From: a virus
Lineage: Duplodnaviria > Caudoviricetes
IMG/VR virus record: IMGVR_UViG_3300047447_000196
Span: 10,270-74,269 of that record
DNA: 64,000 nt
Reading direction: 5' to 3' (one strand)
Below are positions 8,863 to 17,744 of the stretch, piece after piece; within the stretch, counting starts at the first letter, position 1, and every line of letters begins with the position of its first letter. The notes below the pieces were generated by a model that saw only the letters and a list, made by a program, of their open reading frames with translations, was not told the DNA's origin and made no database searches. The translations under genes were made by a program, and so were the position numbers.

Positions 8863-9093
8863 ATGAACACCTGGAACTACCGCGTCGTCCGCTCGACCCT
8901 GATCCATCAGGGCGTTCGCTACGAGTCCTACGCCGTCCATGAAGCGTACTACGACACGCCGCTCGAATCGCCGCACTCGATCATGGAACGCCCGGTGACG
9001 ACCAGCTTCGACAGCGTGGACGATCTGCGCAGCGGCCTGACGAAGATGCTGGCCAGCCTGGACAAGCCGACCCTGAACTACGAGGACTTCTGA
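8863..9093 (+). CDS. Conserved small phage protein (WNYRV..YAVHEAYYD family, 76 aa)
   Basis: Recognisable N-terminal WNYRV motif; GAGG RBS. Confidence 0.75.
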   Translation: MNTWNYRVVRSTLIHQGVRYESYAVHEAYYDTPLESPHSIMERPVTTSFDSVDDLRSGLTKMLASLDKPTLNYEDF

Positions 9094-9095
9094 GC

Positions 9096-9449
9096 ATGGC
9101 CCGACTGACCGCCGACCAGCTCGACGACCTGACCGACCGCTGGCATGCCGGCGAAGGTGAGGGCCAGTCGCTGCGGGAGTTCCTGGGCATGTCCCGGATC
9201 GAGTACGCCGTCTACGTCCTGCACGGCATCGCGCCGGGGTCCAGGGTCCTGAGCCGCAACCTGCGGGAGGGGCAGTTCATGGGCCGATCCTCGGGCAAGG
9301 CGGTGCGGCACTGGGCACCGTTCCTTCCGACACCGCAGGCACCGTTCGCTCGGGCCTTCCACCGGGGCCAGCTTGCGCGGCAGGATGCGCGGCAGCGTGG
9401 CGTCGAGCTGGAAGTGACCCGCATGGCAGACCAGCAGGGGGCGTCATGA
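9096..9449 (+). CDS. Hypothetical protein (117 aa)
   Basis: ORF track; tight packing. Confidence 0.6.
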   Translation: MARLTADQLDDLTDRWHAGEGEGQSLREFLGMSRIEYAVYVLHGIAPGSRVLSRNLREGQFMGRSSGKAVRHWAPFLPTPQAPFARAFHRGQLARQDARQRGVELEVTRMADQQGAS

Positions 9450-9703
9450 CTAGCCGCCGGCAGCGTGACGGCTGGTACGTTGGTGCTGTGTGTGGTCGGC
9501 ATGTCCGTCGCCGTACCTTGCTGCCTGCCCTGATGCTCGGCGACACCGAGTTGTTCCCCGAGTCGGTGCCGATGGTGGACAACGGGATCGCTTGGCTGAC
9601 GCTGGTGCAGCGCGGCGTCACCCTGCTCCCGATCCCGAGACGCTTCCGCTACCGGACCAAGACCATGCAGTGCGAGGTGCGGGTCGAGGTGGCGGACGAC
9701 TGA
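9446..9703 (+). CDS. Hypothetical protein (85 aa)
   Basis: ATGA overlap; last gene of the + island. Confidence 0.5.
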   Translation: MTSRRQRDGWYVGAVCGRHVRRRTLLPALMLGDTELFPESVPMVDNGIAWLTLVQRGVTLLPIPRRFRYRTKTMQCEVRVEVADD

Positions 9704-9803
9704 CGTAGAAACGCCCCCAGCACTTAGCAAGCACCGGAGGCGTTGATCGCCCCCACCACCTACGGCAATGAGAGCGCCCCGAACGGGGTCCAGTGTAACC
9801 CGG

Positions 9804-10370
9804 TCACGCTGTCCCATCAAGGTAGCGGTACAGGGCGGTCCTGCTGATGCCGTACTCCCTGGCCAGCGAGGACTTGCAGATCGCCGGATCGGCAGCGCGT
9901 AGCCGCAGCTCCTGCGCCTGGGCACCGTTCAGGGTCGGCTTCCTGCCCTTGTACACGCCCTTTTGCTTCGCCAGGGCGATCCCCTCGGCCTGCCGCTCAC
10001 GGATCAAGGCCCGCTCGAACTGCGCCATTGCGCCCAGCATCGTCAGCAGCAGCATGTTCATGGGGCTGGCCTCGCCCGAGAAGGTGAGGGCCTGCTTGGT
10101 GAACACCACCGTGATGCCGTCCTGGGTCAGACGCTCGACCAACTGCAGGAGATCCACCGTGTTCCTGGCCAGCCGGTCCATCGAGTGCACGTAGAGCGTG
10201 TCGCCTTCGCGGATGTAGTCGAGCATGGCCTTGAGTGCGGGCCGGTTGGTGTTGCAGCCGCTGCACTTGTCCTCGAAGGTCTTGTCCAGCTCGATCCCGT
10301 CCAGCTGGCGCTCGGTGTTCTGGTCCACGCTCGACACGCGGACATAGCCGATGGTCTTGCCCTTGTTCAT
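9804..10370 (-). CDS. Small serine recombinase (resolvase/invertase family)
   Basis: IGYVRVSS..QN..RQ catalytic Ser motif, HSMDRLARN, ERALIRERQAEGI..AK..G.YKGRK, C-terminal HTH (SLAREYGISRTALYRYL). Confidence 0.95.
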   Translation of the reverse strand: MNKGKTIGYVRVSSVDQNTERQLDGIELDKTFEDKCSGCNTNRPALKAMLDYIREGDTLYVHSMDRLARNTVDLLQLVERLTQDGITVVFTKQALTFSGEASPMNMLLLTMLGAMAQFERALIRERQAEGIALAKQKGVYKGRKPTLNGAQAQELRLRAADPAICKSSLAREYGISRTALYRYLDGTA

Positions 10371-10384
10371 GGCCTGCTCCTCTC

Positions 10385-10502
10385 AACGGTGATGTGTACC
10401 GTTTGAGACTAGACCATTGGGCGTATATGTCAAGGTGACTCGTGCACCCACCCTATTGATACGGATCTGACTGGTGCTCGACCGTGTCCGTATGGGTCTA
10501 CC
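10385..10502. promoter_or_regulatory. Candidate res site / promoter region of the resolvase
   Basis: Non-coding ~120 bp directly upstream of the recombinase, with TGTACC/GTCC...TACCCTAT-type short motifs. The position is typical of res sites; subsites not resolved. Confidence 0.35.
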
Positions 10503-10697
10503 CTATCTGAGCAGGCCCCAGCGCCGCAGGTGATCCAGCTTGGCCCTGGCCAGCCTGAGCCGGCGGGCCACCACCTCGCGGGCCGCTTCCAGCTCGACGG
10601 CGGTCACGGCCACCTCGACGCTGTGGATGCCACGCACCATGCGGTAGTAGACCAGACGCCCATCCTGGCGCTTCTCGTTGCGGATCTCCATGCTCAC
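10503..10697 (-). CDS. Hypothetical protein (64 aa)
   Basis: Start overlaps the terL stop. Confidence 0.6.
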   Translation of the reverse strand: MSMEIRNEKRQDGRLVYYRMVRGIHSVEVAVTAVELEAAREVVARRLRLARAKLDHLRRWGLLR

Positions 10698-12310
10698 ACC
10701 CCGTCGGCGTAGGTCTCGGGTTCCAGCGCCCGCTCGTCGATGATGATCGGCGGCACCGGCGACATGTCGTAGATCCGGCTCACCGCGTCGATCAGGTCCT
10801 TCTTCGAGCTGAACGGGTAGGTCAGGTATTCTTCGAGGAAACCTTTGTTGAGGCTGTAGATGTTCCCCTCGTGATCCCTGCGCTGCACCGGCTTGAAGAT
10901 GCGGAAGCCCTGGCCCTGTTCCCTGATGCGCTTCTGGTTGGCGGTCTCGCCCGTCACCACGGCGGCCATATAGAAGCGGCGGCTGATGAAGTCGGGCTGC
11001 AGCCTCTGGACCCTGTCGTCCTTGGCCTGGGCACCGTCGCTGGTCCAGTTCAGTTCGAGGATCTCGAAGGCGTCCTTGTCGCGGGTCATCTGCTCCTCGA
11101 AATATTCGAGGTCCGCCTGCATCCCGTAACGCTCATAGCCGAGGTAGACGGCCTGCACGCCCGGCTGGGCCATCCAGTACCGGCGCAGGCCTTTCAGGGC
11201 CTCCCAGCGCTCTCTGAGGCCCATCTTGTGGCGGTAGCCGTCCAGCAGGTACTTGTTGCCGCCGCTGTCGATCCCGACCACGGCCATCGCGGTGTTATCG
11301 GACCCCTTCTTCTTGCTGTGCGCCGGGTCGCACATGATGTAGACGTTGAGCGTGGCCGGGCGGATGTCCAGGAACGAGAGCCATTCCTTCTTGAACATCG
11401 CCTCATTGCCCGCTGCCGGGTTCATCAATTGCTGACACGCAATCGTGGCCGGCCCCTGCGCGAGCTTCTTGTCGGTCCAGGCCTGCTGGGTCAGGAACAC
11501 AGGGCGCCCGTCGGGGGTGCCGTCATGCGTGGCCGGGTACAGGCGCACCTTGAGGATCTTGCGGTCGATGATCTCCTGGTAGGTGTCCATGTAGCTGTAG
11601 CGGGTGCCGACGTGCCATGCCCGGATGCGCCCGTCCTCGCCGCGTGCGCCCAGGTTGTCCGAGAGTTCCCAGGCCGTGGTCGTCTTGTTGACCTGATCCG
11701 GGGTGCTGACGGACTCGCGCGTGACCACGTCATCGTAGACGCGCAGCAGAAAGTGCGCGCCGGTCGGCTGGCCGTCCACCAGGCCGTGCGCCTCGACCGT
11801 GGCCTCCTTCGGGTTGCTCTTGCGCTTGACCACGATGCCCTTCTCCTCGCTCCACTTGGGCGACTGGCCGCGTGGATCGCTGTAGAAGATGTCGGGGTAG
11901 ACGCTTTGCAGGTCGCGGTTCGCTTCCAGCTCCTGCTTGATCTGCAACAGGAACTTGCGGGCCACCGGCTTGGTGTGCGAGAAGATGCCGACCGTGACTT
12001 CCGGGTTCTGGATGATCTCGTGGATGATGCCCGCGAAGGTGATGACGGTCGATTTGTAGTGCTCGCGCGCCCACAGGTCCAGGCACCCATCGGGTTCGGC
12101 CTCGACCTCGCGGCAGCGCGCGTAGATCCACGGATGGATCGCATCGAGCCGGTGCAGCAGGCGGGTCAACAGATAGAACCTGTCATGCCTGCCCAGCCAT
12201 GCCTTGCCCTCGATGCCGTAGCGCGTCTCGACCAGCTCCCACAGGTCCGCCACCGCGTCAAACGGGGCGCTGTGCAGCGTGTCGCGGAACTCGTCAGGCA
12301 GGGTCAGCAT
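10694..12310 (-). CDS. terL: Terminase large subunit
   Basis: Walker A-like WAREHYKST, GAHF..RVYDDVV Walker B, RNase-H-like nuclease CDPA...SDNTA...KDLIDA; follows an HTH-bearing small subunit. Confidence 0.9.
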   Translation of the reverse strand: MLTLPDEFRDTLHSAPFDAVADLWELVETRYGIEGKAWLGRHDRFYLLTRLLHRLDAIHPWIYARCREVEAEPDGCLDLWAREHYKSTVITFAGIIHEIIQNPEVTVGIFSHTKPVARKFLLQIKQELEANRDLQSVYPDIFYSDPRGQSPKWSEEKGIVVKRKSNPKEATVEAHGLVDGQPTGAHFLLRVYDDVVTRESVSTPDQVNKTTTAWELSDNLGARGEDGRIRAWHVGTRYSYMDTYQEIIDRKILKVRLYPATHDGTPDGRPVFLTQQAWTDKKLAQGPATIACQQLMNPAAGNEAMFKKEWLSFLDIRPATLNVYIMCDPAHSKKKGSDNTAMAVVGIDSGGNKYLLDGYRHKMGLRERWEALKGLRRYWMAQPGVQAVYLGYERYGMQADLEYFEEQMTRDKDAFEILELNWTSDGAQAKDDRVQRLQPDFISRRFYMAAVVTGETANQKRIREQGQGFRIFKPVQRRDHEGNIYSLNKGFLEEYLTYPFSSKKDLIDAVSRIYDMSPVPPIIIDERALEPETYADGV

Positions 12311-12851
12311 CGGGCGCTGGCGCTCCTACGGGCTGTTGCAGGCGCTTCTTGAAGGCGGCGCGCAGTTCGGCGAAGCCGTCCGACACTTCGACCGTCACGT
12401 TGGTGTCGCCCTCGCCCGGATCGTCCAGCTCGCGGATCTTCCTGATCGTCTCCACCGCGATCTTGTTGGCCTCGACGATGGTCTTGACATCCTTGGGGTG
12501 ATCGACGCTGTCCACCATCGTGAGCAGCTTGCCCATGCTCTTGCGCGCCACAGCCAGGCCGGTGTTCATGTCCTGTACGTCCTGGGTGGCCTCATCCAGT
12601 TGGATTTGACGAACCGCTTCGTCATTCGTCAGGTCGTTCGTCACGGCCTCGTCAGTCAGTGACATGCCTGCCATTGCTTCCCGGACAAGTTCCCGCTTAA
12701 CATCACTGCTCCCCTTGATCCAGCCTTCCCGCTTGGCATAGCGGCGCAAGGTCGGTTCGGGGATGCCGTGCTTGGTGGCCAGCGCATTGATGCTGTACCC
12801 ACCTGCCGCGTAGTCGAGCGCCGCAGCACTGAAATCGTATTGAGTGGTCAT
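12294..12851 (-). CDS. terS: Terminase small subunit
   Basis: N-terminal HTH (YSINALATKHGIPEPTLRRYAKREGW), helical body, overlaps the terL start. Confidence 0.75.
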   Translation of the reverse strand: MTTQYDFSAAALDYAAGGYSINALATKHGIPEPTLRRYAKREGWIKGSSDVKRELVREAMAGMSLTDEAVTNDLTNDEAVRQIQLDEATQDVQDMNTGLAVARKSMGKLLTMVDSVDHPKDVKTIVEANKIAVETIRKIRELDDPGEGDTNVTVEVSDGFAELRAAFKKRLQQPVGAPAPDADPA

Positions 12852-12987
12852 GAGCTGTGTCCTTTGTGCATGTGTGACGGCATGCGCAATTGTGCGCCAC
12901 TATGTAGCATCATGCTATATACTATTTGTATGGGCCTGTGCGCCTACCTGTCCTCAAGTTACTCAACCATATCGAAAGGGTCAGATC

Positions 12988-13188
12988 GTGAAACACAAGG
13001 TGAAGAAGTTAGATGATGGTGACTTTGAATATCGCGGTGTCGAATTCACCCGCGTTGATCGCTTGCGCGGGTATAGCGATCACTACCGCACCTGCCGCAA
13101 GGTCAACGGTGTGCCGGTCGTTGCCGCGACCCGCCGCGAACTGCTGGCTGCGATAGACCGCAACCTCGATGGCGAGGGGGCCTTATGA
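12988..13188 (+). CDS. Hypothetical protein (66 aa, GTG start)
   Basis: AAGGG RBS-like sequence upstream; first gene of the second + island. Confidence 0.6.
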   Translation: MKHKVKKLDDGDFEYRGVEFTRVDRLRGYSDHYRTCRKVNGVPVVAATRRELLAAIDRNLDGEGAL

Positions 13189-13385
13189 AAAAGGCTTCCG
13201 TCTTCATTTGTGCGCGCTGCGGCCTCCCGGTCACAGCATGGCGCGACGGCTGGAAGCACTGCGCGAACAGGCACGGCGCATCGTGCGGGAAGCCTCCACA
13301 CGTCATCCGGCGTGATGACCCGCGTGATGACTCCACCGAGGCGGCGCTTGCCGCTGCCCTAGGCCGGACCAACAAGCAACCCTAA
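13185..13385 (+). CDS. Small Cys/His protein (66 aa)
   Basis: ATGA overlap; CxxC...HC...C. Confidence 0.55.
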   Translation: MKKASVFICARCGLPVTAWRDGWKHCANRHGASCGKPPHVIRRDDPRDDSTEAALAAALGRTNKQP

Positions 13386-13424
13386 GCGCCGCCCCAGCGG
13401 GCTTTGTATGGAAAGGAGCTACCG

Positions 13425-13925
13425 ATGAGCAAGACCAACGTAGTCGCGTTCCCCGAGGCGCAGCCGCGCCAGGACACCCGCCGGCAGCGCGAGGATGCGA
13501 CCATCCGCCGCGCCCTGTGCATCCTGTCGAACCGCATGCGCCAGCCCGGCCCGGCGATCAACAGCCCTGCCACGGCGCGCAGCTATGTGCGCCTGTACGC
13601 GGGTGAGCTGGAACATGAAGTCTTCTTGGTGCTGTTCCTCGACGCGAAGCACTGCCTGATCGCGCGTGAGGAGATGTTCCGGGGCACCCTGGTCCAGACC
13701 AGCGTCTACCCGCGCGAGGTCGTCAAGGCGGCGCTGGCCCATAACGCGGCGGCGGTCGTGCTGGCCCATAACCATCCATCGGGCAGGCCTGAGCCAAGCG
13801 AGGCCGACAAGTTGCTCACCCGCGCGCTGTCGCAGGCCCTGGCCCTGATCGACGTGCGCGTGCTGGACCACATCATCGTCACCGCTTCCGACTCGTATTC
13901 TTTTGCCGACCACGGCCTCATCTGA
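13425..13925 (+). CDS. radC: RadC-like JAB-domain protein (short, mobile-element type)
   Basis: [50 protein letters not shown]...T...RVLDHIIV; AAGGAG RBS. Confidence 0.95.
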   Translation: MSKTNVVAFPEAQPRQDTRRQREDATIRRALCILSNRMRQPGPAINSPATARSYVRLYAGELEHEVFLVLFLDAKHCLIAREEMFRGTLVQTSVYPREVVKAALAHNAAAVVLAHNHPSGRPEPSEADKLLTRALSQALALIDVRVLDHIIVTASDSYSFADHGLI

Positions 13926-13937
13926 AAGGAGATCGTC

Positions 13938-14849
13938 ATGCTACAGAAACCGCTTGTCGCCGCCCTACGCGACATCATCAGCAGTTCCGACGCCAACGAC
14001 GGCGATTCGCTCGCCGAAGCGATCCAGCAGGCCCGCAAGCTGGTCGAGAACCCGCCAGCCTACGACACCGATCAGGCAATACTCGACAACTTCATCAGCG
14101 CCCTGGCCGATCTCGGCTTTGGTGACGACGACGCGCCGGTCAACGGCGGCGATTGCGTGGACGCGATCTGCGAGTATTGGGACCGGCTGGCACCCCTGGC
14201 CTCGGAGTGGCCGCTGCCGCCCGAGCTGGCCCAGGTGCGCACCGGGCTGACCGTGGGCACCCGCGTGCTCTCCATCGAGGGCGAGACCTCGGACACCGAC
14301 CACGGCGAGCGCCACACCGGCCCCAACGCGATTGGCACCATCACCGGGATCGACGACACCGTCGAGCATGGGATCTGCTTGGCGTTCGAGCCTTCCGGCG
14401 TGTCGGTGCGGCTGTCCTGCGCCGAGCTGGCGGACGACCTGAAATACGAGATCGACCCGGAGACCTACTACCTGAGCCGCGAGGACGTTGTCGAAGTGGT
14501 CGAGCGCATGCTGGGCCACGAGGGGAATCACGAGCTGGCCGCGCGCGTGGTGGCGAACATGATCGAACAGGGGCAGGTCGAGCACAGCGAACGCGGGTAC
14601 ATGATCGAGCGCGACACCAACGTGTTCGAGATCGCTGCGGACCTCAAGGACGGCCCCTACCCTGCGCATCTGGCCCGCGCCGACCATCTGCTCAGCGCCC
14701 ACGAGCTGCGCGTGAAGTACGGCACCCGCAACGGTGGCGGCGAGCATCCGCGCTACCTGCGCAAGCACTGGCGCAACCATGTCGCAATCGAATCCACGAT
14801 CCTGGGCTACTGGCCGTGGGTCGAGGAACAGCTTGCACAAGAGGACTGA
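13938..14849 (+). CDS. Mosaic acidic hypothetical protein (303 aa)
   Basis: AAGGAG RBS, clean ORF. Confidence 0.8.
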   Translation: MLQKPLVAALRDIISSSDANDGDSLAEAIQQARKLVENPPAYDTDQAILDNFISALADLGFGDDDAPVNGGDCVDAICEYWDRLAPLASEWPLPPELAQVRTGLTVGTRVLSIEGETSDTDHGERHTGPNAIGTITGIDDTVEHGICLAFEPSGVSVRLSCAELADDLKYEIDPETYYLSREDVVEVVERMLGHEGNHELAARVVANMIEQGQVEHSERGYMIERDTNVFEIAADLKDGPYPAHLARADHLLSAHELRVKYGTRNGGGEHPRYLRKHWRNHVAIESTILGYWPWVEEQLAQED

Positions 14850-14899
14850 GCCAGTCTGAGCGCCTTGTACGCAGCGCGCTCAGGCGGGGGCCGTCCCCG
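14850..14899 (+). ncRNA. Two-hairpin intergenic motif, copy 1
   Basis: GCCAGT, stem CTGAGCGC/GCGCTCAG (14856-14883), single G, stem CGGGGG/TCCCCG (14885-14899), then the RBS. Confidence 0.6.
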
Positions 14900-14921
14900 A
14901 TTACCTGCAGGAGAGCCGAAC

Positions 14922-15368
14922 ATGCCCAAGAAAACCTACCGCGTGGTCCACAACGGGGTCGAGCACACCCGCAAGACCGACCGGACCTACACCCATGTGG
15001 TGCTGGTGCGCCGCGACTATCAGACCGAGCTGGCCGACACCGTCAAGGAAGCCCGCGAACGCGCCAGGAGGGAGCACGGCTATGCCGTCGAGCGCGCCAA
15101 CCAGCCGCTGACCGGGCGTAGCTGGATGACCGCCGAGGATCTCGCCGAGGACGCGCGCATCGCGGGCCTGCCACTCGAACAGTACGAGGCCGAGGTGATC
15201 GAGAAAGCCTGCGCCTACGTCGAGACCCGGCGCGCGAAAGGCGTGTTCGACCAGCCCGGCCCGCTCACATGGTGCGGCAGGCCGGATCTGGCCGCGAAGG
15301 AAGAAGCCAACGCGCGCAAGTCCGGGTATTGGGCCGAGGTGGTCGTCGTCGAGGTGCCGCAACCCTGA
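14922..15368 (+). CDS. Hypothetical protein (148 aa, MPKKTYRVVHNG...)
   Basis: AGGAG RBS; C-terminal part of track ORF 14865..15368. Confidence 0.75.
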   Translation: MPKKTYRVVHNGVEHTRKTDRTYTHVVLVRRDYQTELADTVKEARERARREHGYAVERANQPLTGRSWMTAEDLAEDARIAGLPLEQYEAEVIEKACAYVETRRAKGVFDQPGPLTWCGRPDLAAKEEANARKSGYWAEVVVVEVPQP

Positions 15369-15372
15369 CCAT

Positions 15373-15421
15373 GCCAGTCTCAGCGTCTCCGCAAGGGGGC
15401 GCTCAGGCGGGAATGGTCCCG
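15373..15421 (+). ncRNA. Two-hairpin intergenic motif, copy 2
   Basis: GCCAGT, 12-position stem with GCAA tetraloop (15379-15406), single G, stem CGGGA/TCCCG (15408-15421), then AGGAGG. Confidence 0.65.
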
Positions 15422-15437
15422 ACTACAGGAGGATGCC

Positions 15438-15905
15438 ATGACAACAACACCGCAAGATCCGCTGGCCGAGCTGCTGCGCGTGGTGAAGCAGTACGACGAC
15501 GAGGAGATCAACCAGCCCGAAAGCTGCCCGACCGGCACGGACTACAACAACCTGTTCTCGCTGGTCACGAGCTACATCGAGCGCGTGAACGCGCCGCTGC
15601 CCTCGACCGCGCCGAAGCAGGAGCCGCTTGCGCGGACCGTCTACGAGTGCCCGGACTGCGACTGGACCGGCACGATGGACCAGCTGAACCGCCTGAGCGA
15701 GATAGAGAACATCGACGAGCGTGTCGAACCCGGCGAGCTGGTCCCGGCTGGCTGCTGCCCTAACTGCGAGAGGCTGCTGCCAGTCGAGGATTGCAACGTT
15801 CCCCACCACACCCTGTACGAAGTCGGCCTGATCATGCGCCAGCGTGGCTGGACCGTGACCGCACCCGCAGATTGCCCATCCCTTGATACCGTGAAAGGAG
15901 CCTGA
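15438..15905 (+). CDS. Zinc-finger hypothetical protein (155 aa; CPDC...CPNC)
   Basis: AGGAGG RBS; two CxxC pairs. Confidence 0.75.
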   Translation: MTTTPQDPLAELLRVVKQYDDEEINQPESCPTGTDYNNLFSLVTSYIERVNAPLPSTAPKQEPLARTVYECPDCDWTGTMDQLNRLSEIENIDERVEPGELVPAGCCPNCERLLPVEDCNVPHHTLYEVGLIMRQRGWTVTAPADCPSLDTVKGA

Positions 15906-15907
15906 CC

Positions 15908-16057
15908 ATGAAACTCGTCGTGACCGCAAAAATCTACATCGAGGCCGAGGACGACACCGAGGCCGAAGCCGTAGTCCAGGCTGCGCTTGACAATATGGTG
16001 GGTGGCGACATCGACCTGACCGAAGTGATCGCCGTCGAAGTGGAGAGCCAATCATGA
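15908..16057 (+). CDS. Small acidic protein (49 aa, MKLVVTAKIYIEAEDDTEAEAVV...)
   Basis: Read manually; AAGGAG RBS. Confidence 0.65.
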   Translation: MKLVVTAKIYIEAEDDTEAEAVVQAALDNMVGGDIDLTEVIAVEVESQS

Positions 16058-16117
16058 TGCTCGCTTCGGGGCAGATCGGCCTGTGCGATAGCTGCCAAGA
16101 CCTGAAAGGAGGCTGAC

Positions 16118-16360
16118 ATGAACCAGCAAGCCCTGCCGCCCGACCCGGACGGCCAGAACGACGAACGCGCCGAATGGGCCGCCGAGTCGATCCGCACCTT
16201 CGCGCGCGTGACCTGCATGGACACCGCAAACGAGGACGACGACACGATCCTGGGCGACCTGCTGTGCGACCTGATGCACTGGTGCGACCGCGAGGGAATC
16301 GACTTCGACGCCGTGCTGGGGGCCGCACGCGAGAACTACGGCGCGGAAACCGCCGACTGA
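16118..16360 (+). CDS. Conserved mobile-element hypothetical protein (80 aa; DLLCDLMHWCD)
   Basis: AAGGAGG RBS; recognisable motif N..RA.WA...DLL.DL.HW. Confidence 0.8.
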   Translation: MNQQALPPDPDGQNDERAEWAAESIRTFARVTCMDTANEDDDTILGDLLCDLMHWCDREGIDFDAVLGAARENYGAETAD

Positions 16361-16364
16361 CAGC

Positions 16365-16412
16365 GCCAGTGCCAGCGCCTGCGATGCGGGCGCTGGTGCG
16401 GGGATTGTCCCG
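16365..16412 (+). ncRNA. Two-hairpin intergenic motif, copy 3
   Basis: GCCAGT, 12-bp stem GCCAGCGCCTGC/GCGGGCGCTGGT (16371-16397), single G, stem CGGGG/TCCCG (16399-16412), then AAGGAG. Confidence 0.65.
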
Positions 16413-16433
16413 GCAACCGCAAGGAGAACCAGC

Positions 16434-16856
16434 ATGGATCTGAAACTGACCGCAATCACGGCGGCGTTCGTGATGAATGGCCTGCACCGCGCCGACCTCG
16501 ATTACATCATGCAGGCGTACACCGGCGACGGTGGCCAGCTCGAACTGGTCGAGGGCGTCCTGGAATGGGTTCCGGCCATTCTGGCGCTGCGCGCTGCCGC
16601 CGACAGCATCGGCGTGGACTACCCCGGCGTGTTCGAGTATGAAGTCAGCTGCGAGTTCGGCCAGTGGCTCGGTGGCAGCATCATCGACGACGGCGACCTG
16701 CCCGACCGTGGGCACGCGATGGAGATCCTGATCGACCTGGTCGAGTCCTTCTTCCGCGTGAAGGACGATCCCGTCACCGCCCGCCGCCTGCGCGCCGTGA
16801 TCGACGCGGCTGCGGACAAGCTCATGGCCCCGCAAGCCGCCAACGACGGAGCCTGA
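16434..16856 (+). CDS. Hypothetical protein (140 aa)
   Basis: AAGGAG RBS, clean ORF. Confidence 0.75.
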   Translation: MDLKLTAITAAFVMNGLHRADLDYIMQAYTGDGGQLELVEGVLEWVPAILALRAAADSIGVDYPGVFEYEVSCEFGQWLGGSIIDDGDLPDRGHAMEILIDLVESFFRVKDDPVTARRLRAVIDAAADKLMAPQAANDGA

Positions 16857-16859
16857 GCC

Positions 16860-17177
16860 ATGCGCCGCCACCCCGTACAGGTTCGTCACCCGGTGACGAA
16901 GCGTGACGAACAGTTCGTCAACCCGCGCTGGTGGACCCCGAGCGGGGACGAGCGCCGCTACATGGCCGAGCGTGACCTGCTGCGCGCACCGGCCCGGCAG
17001 GAGCGGCCCATGTGGCCGTTCGTGCTGCTGGCCGTCAGCCTGGCGCTGGTCCTCGCCATCGACGCCGCGCCGCAACTGCGCGGTATCCTCGCTGACATCC
17101 CCTGGGCCAAGCTGTTCAACTATCAGCCCGTCTCGCCGATTGATCCCGGCGACCGCAACGGCCTGCTGCACAAATGA
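16860..17177 (+). CDS. Membrane protein (105 aa, one TM helix)
   Basis: WPFVLLAVSLALVLAI hydrophobic segment. Confidence 0.65.
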   Translation: MRRHPVQVRHPVTKRDEQFVNPRWWTPSGDERRYMAERDLLRAPARQERPMWPFVLLAVSLALVLAIDAAPQLRGILADIPWAKLFNYQPVSPIDPGDRNGLLHK

Positions 17178-17187
17178 AGGAGCGGAA

Positions 17188-17556
17188 ATGAAACGACCGA
17201 GAAACTACACCCCGACCAGCATCAGCCCGCACGCGGTGGGTTCGACCCGTATCTGCCATGCCTGCGAGGCCACGCTGGCCCAGGCGCAGATGACCGAGAT
17301 CCACCCGGTGCCGGGCCTGACCATGTACCGCTGCCCGGCCTGCGTCGAGCTGCTTGCGCGCGTGCTGGCCTACGCCAAGTCGCGCTGGTGCTGGGACGAC
17401 GCCGCCATGCTGGAAGAACTGTTCGAGCGCCACTGGGTGCGCGGCGAGACGGTGGACAGCTTCGTTGACGGCTGGGCCAAAGACTACGACCTGACCGACC
17501 CGCACGACGTCGGCCTGCAACCCGAGGAGACCCCGATGAAAGGAACCAAGCAATGA
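17188..17556 (+). CDS. Zinc-finger hypothetical protein (122 aa; CHAC...CPAC)
   Basis: AAGGAG RBS; C-terminal part of track ORF 16903..17556. Confidence 0.7.
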   Translation: MKRPRNYTPTSISPHAVGSTRICHACEATLAQAQMTEIHPVPGLTMYRCPACVELLARVLAYAKSRWCWDDAAMLEELFERHWVRGETVDSFVDGWAKDYDLTDPHDVGLQPEETPMKGTKQ

Positions 17557-17744
17557 GCGGCAGAGCATCCGCCGAAGTCACCAGGGCCGTCGCCATGCTG
17601 CGCGAGAGCGGCGGCACGATGACCGCCTACGCGGCCGCGAAAGCGGTCGGCATCGCCCTGTCAACCATCTACCGCTCGCCCCTGTACAAGGCGTACCGGA
17701 CCGAGCAGGACCAGTCCACCCACAAGCCAAAGGAGGAACCATGA
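17553..17744 (+). CDS. Small HTH DNA-binding protein (63 aa)
   Basis: TAYAAAKAVGIALSTIYR helix-turn-helix pattern. Confidence 0.7.
   Translation: MSGRASAEVTRAVAMLRESGGTMTAYAAAKAVGIALSTIYRSPLYKAYRTEQDQSTHKPKEEP

Noticed and set aside
9804-10370. Serine recombinase as a tail-fibre invertase (Gin/Cin type)
   Set aside because: I found no inverted crossover repeats flanking fibre segments or duplicated fibre C-termini, and the gene is about 9 kb from the fibre cluster. This by-eye search is not exhaustive.
12902-12920. TAGCAT-C-ATGCTA palindrome between terS and the radC island
   Set aside because: A single short occurrence; plausible operator but unsupported by further copies.
14850-16412. 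Two-hairpin elements as integron attC sites or terminators
   Set aside because: No RYYYAAC/GTTRRRY ends, no integron integrase in the window, and no U-tracts after the stems.
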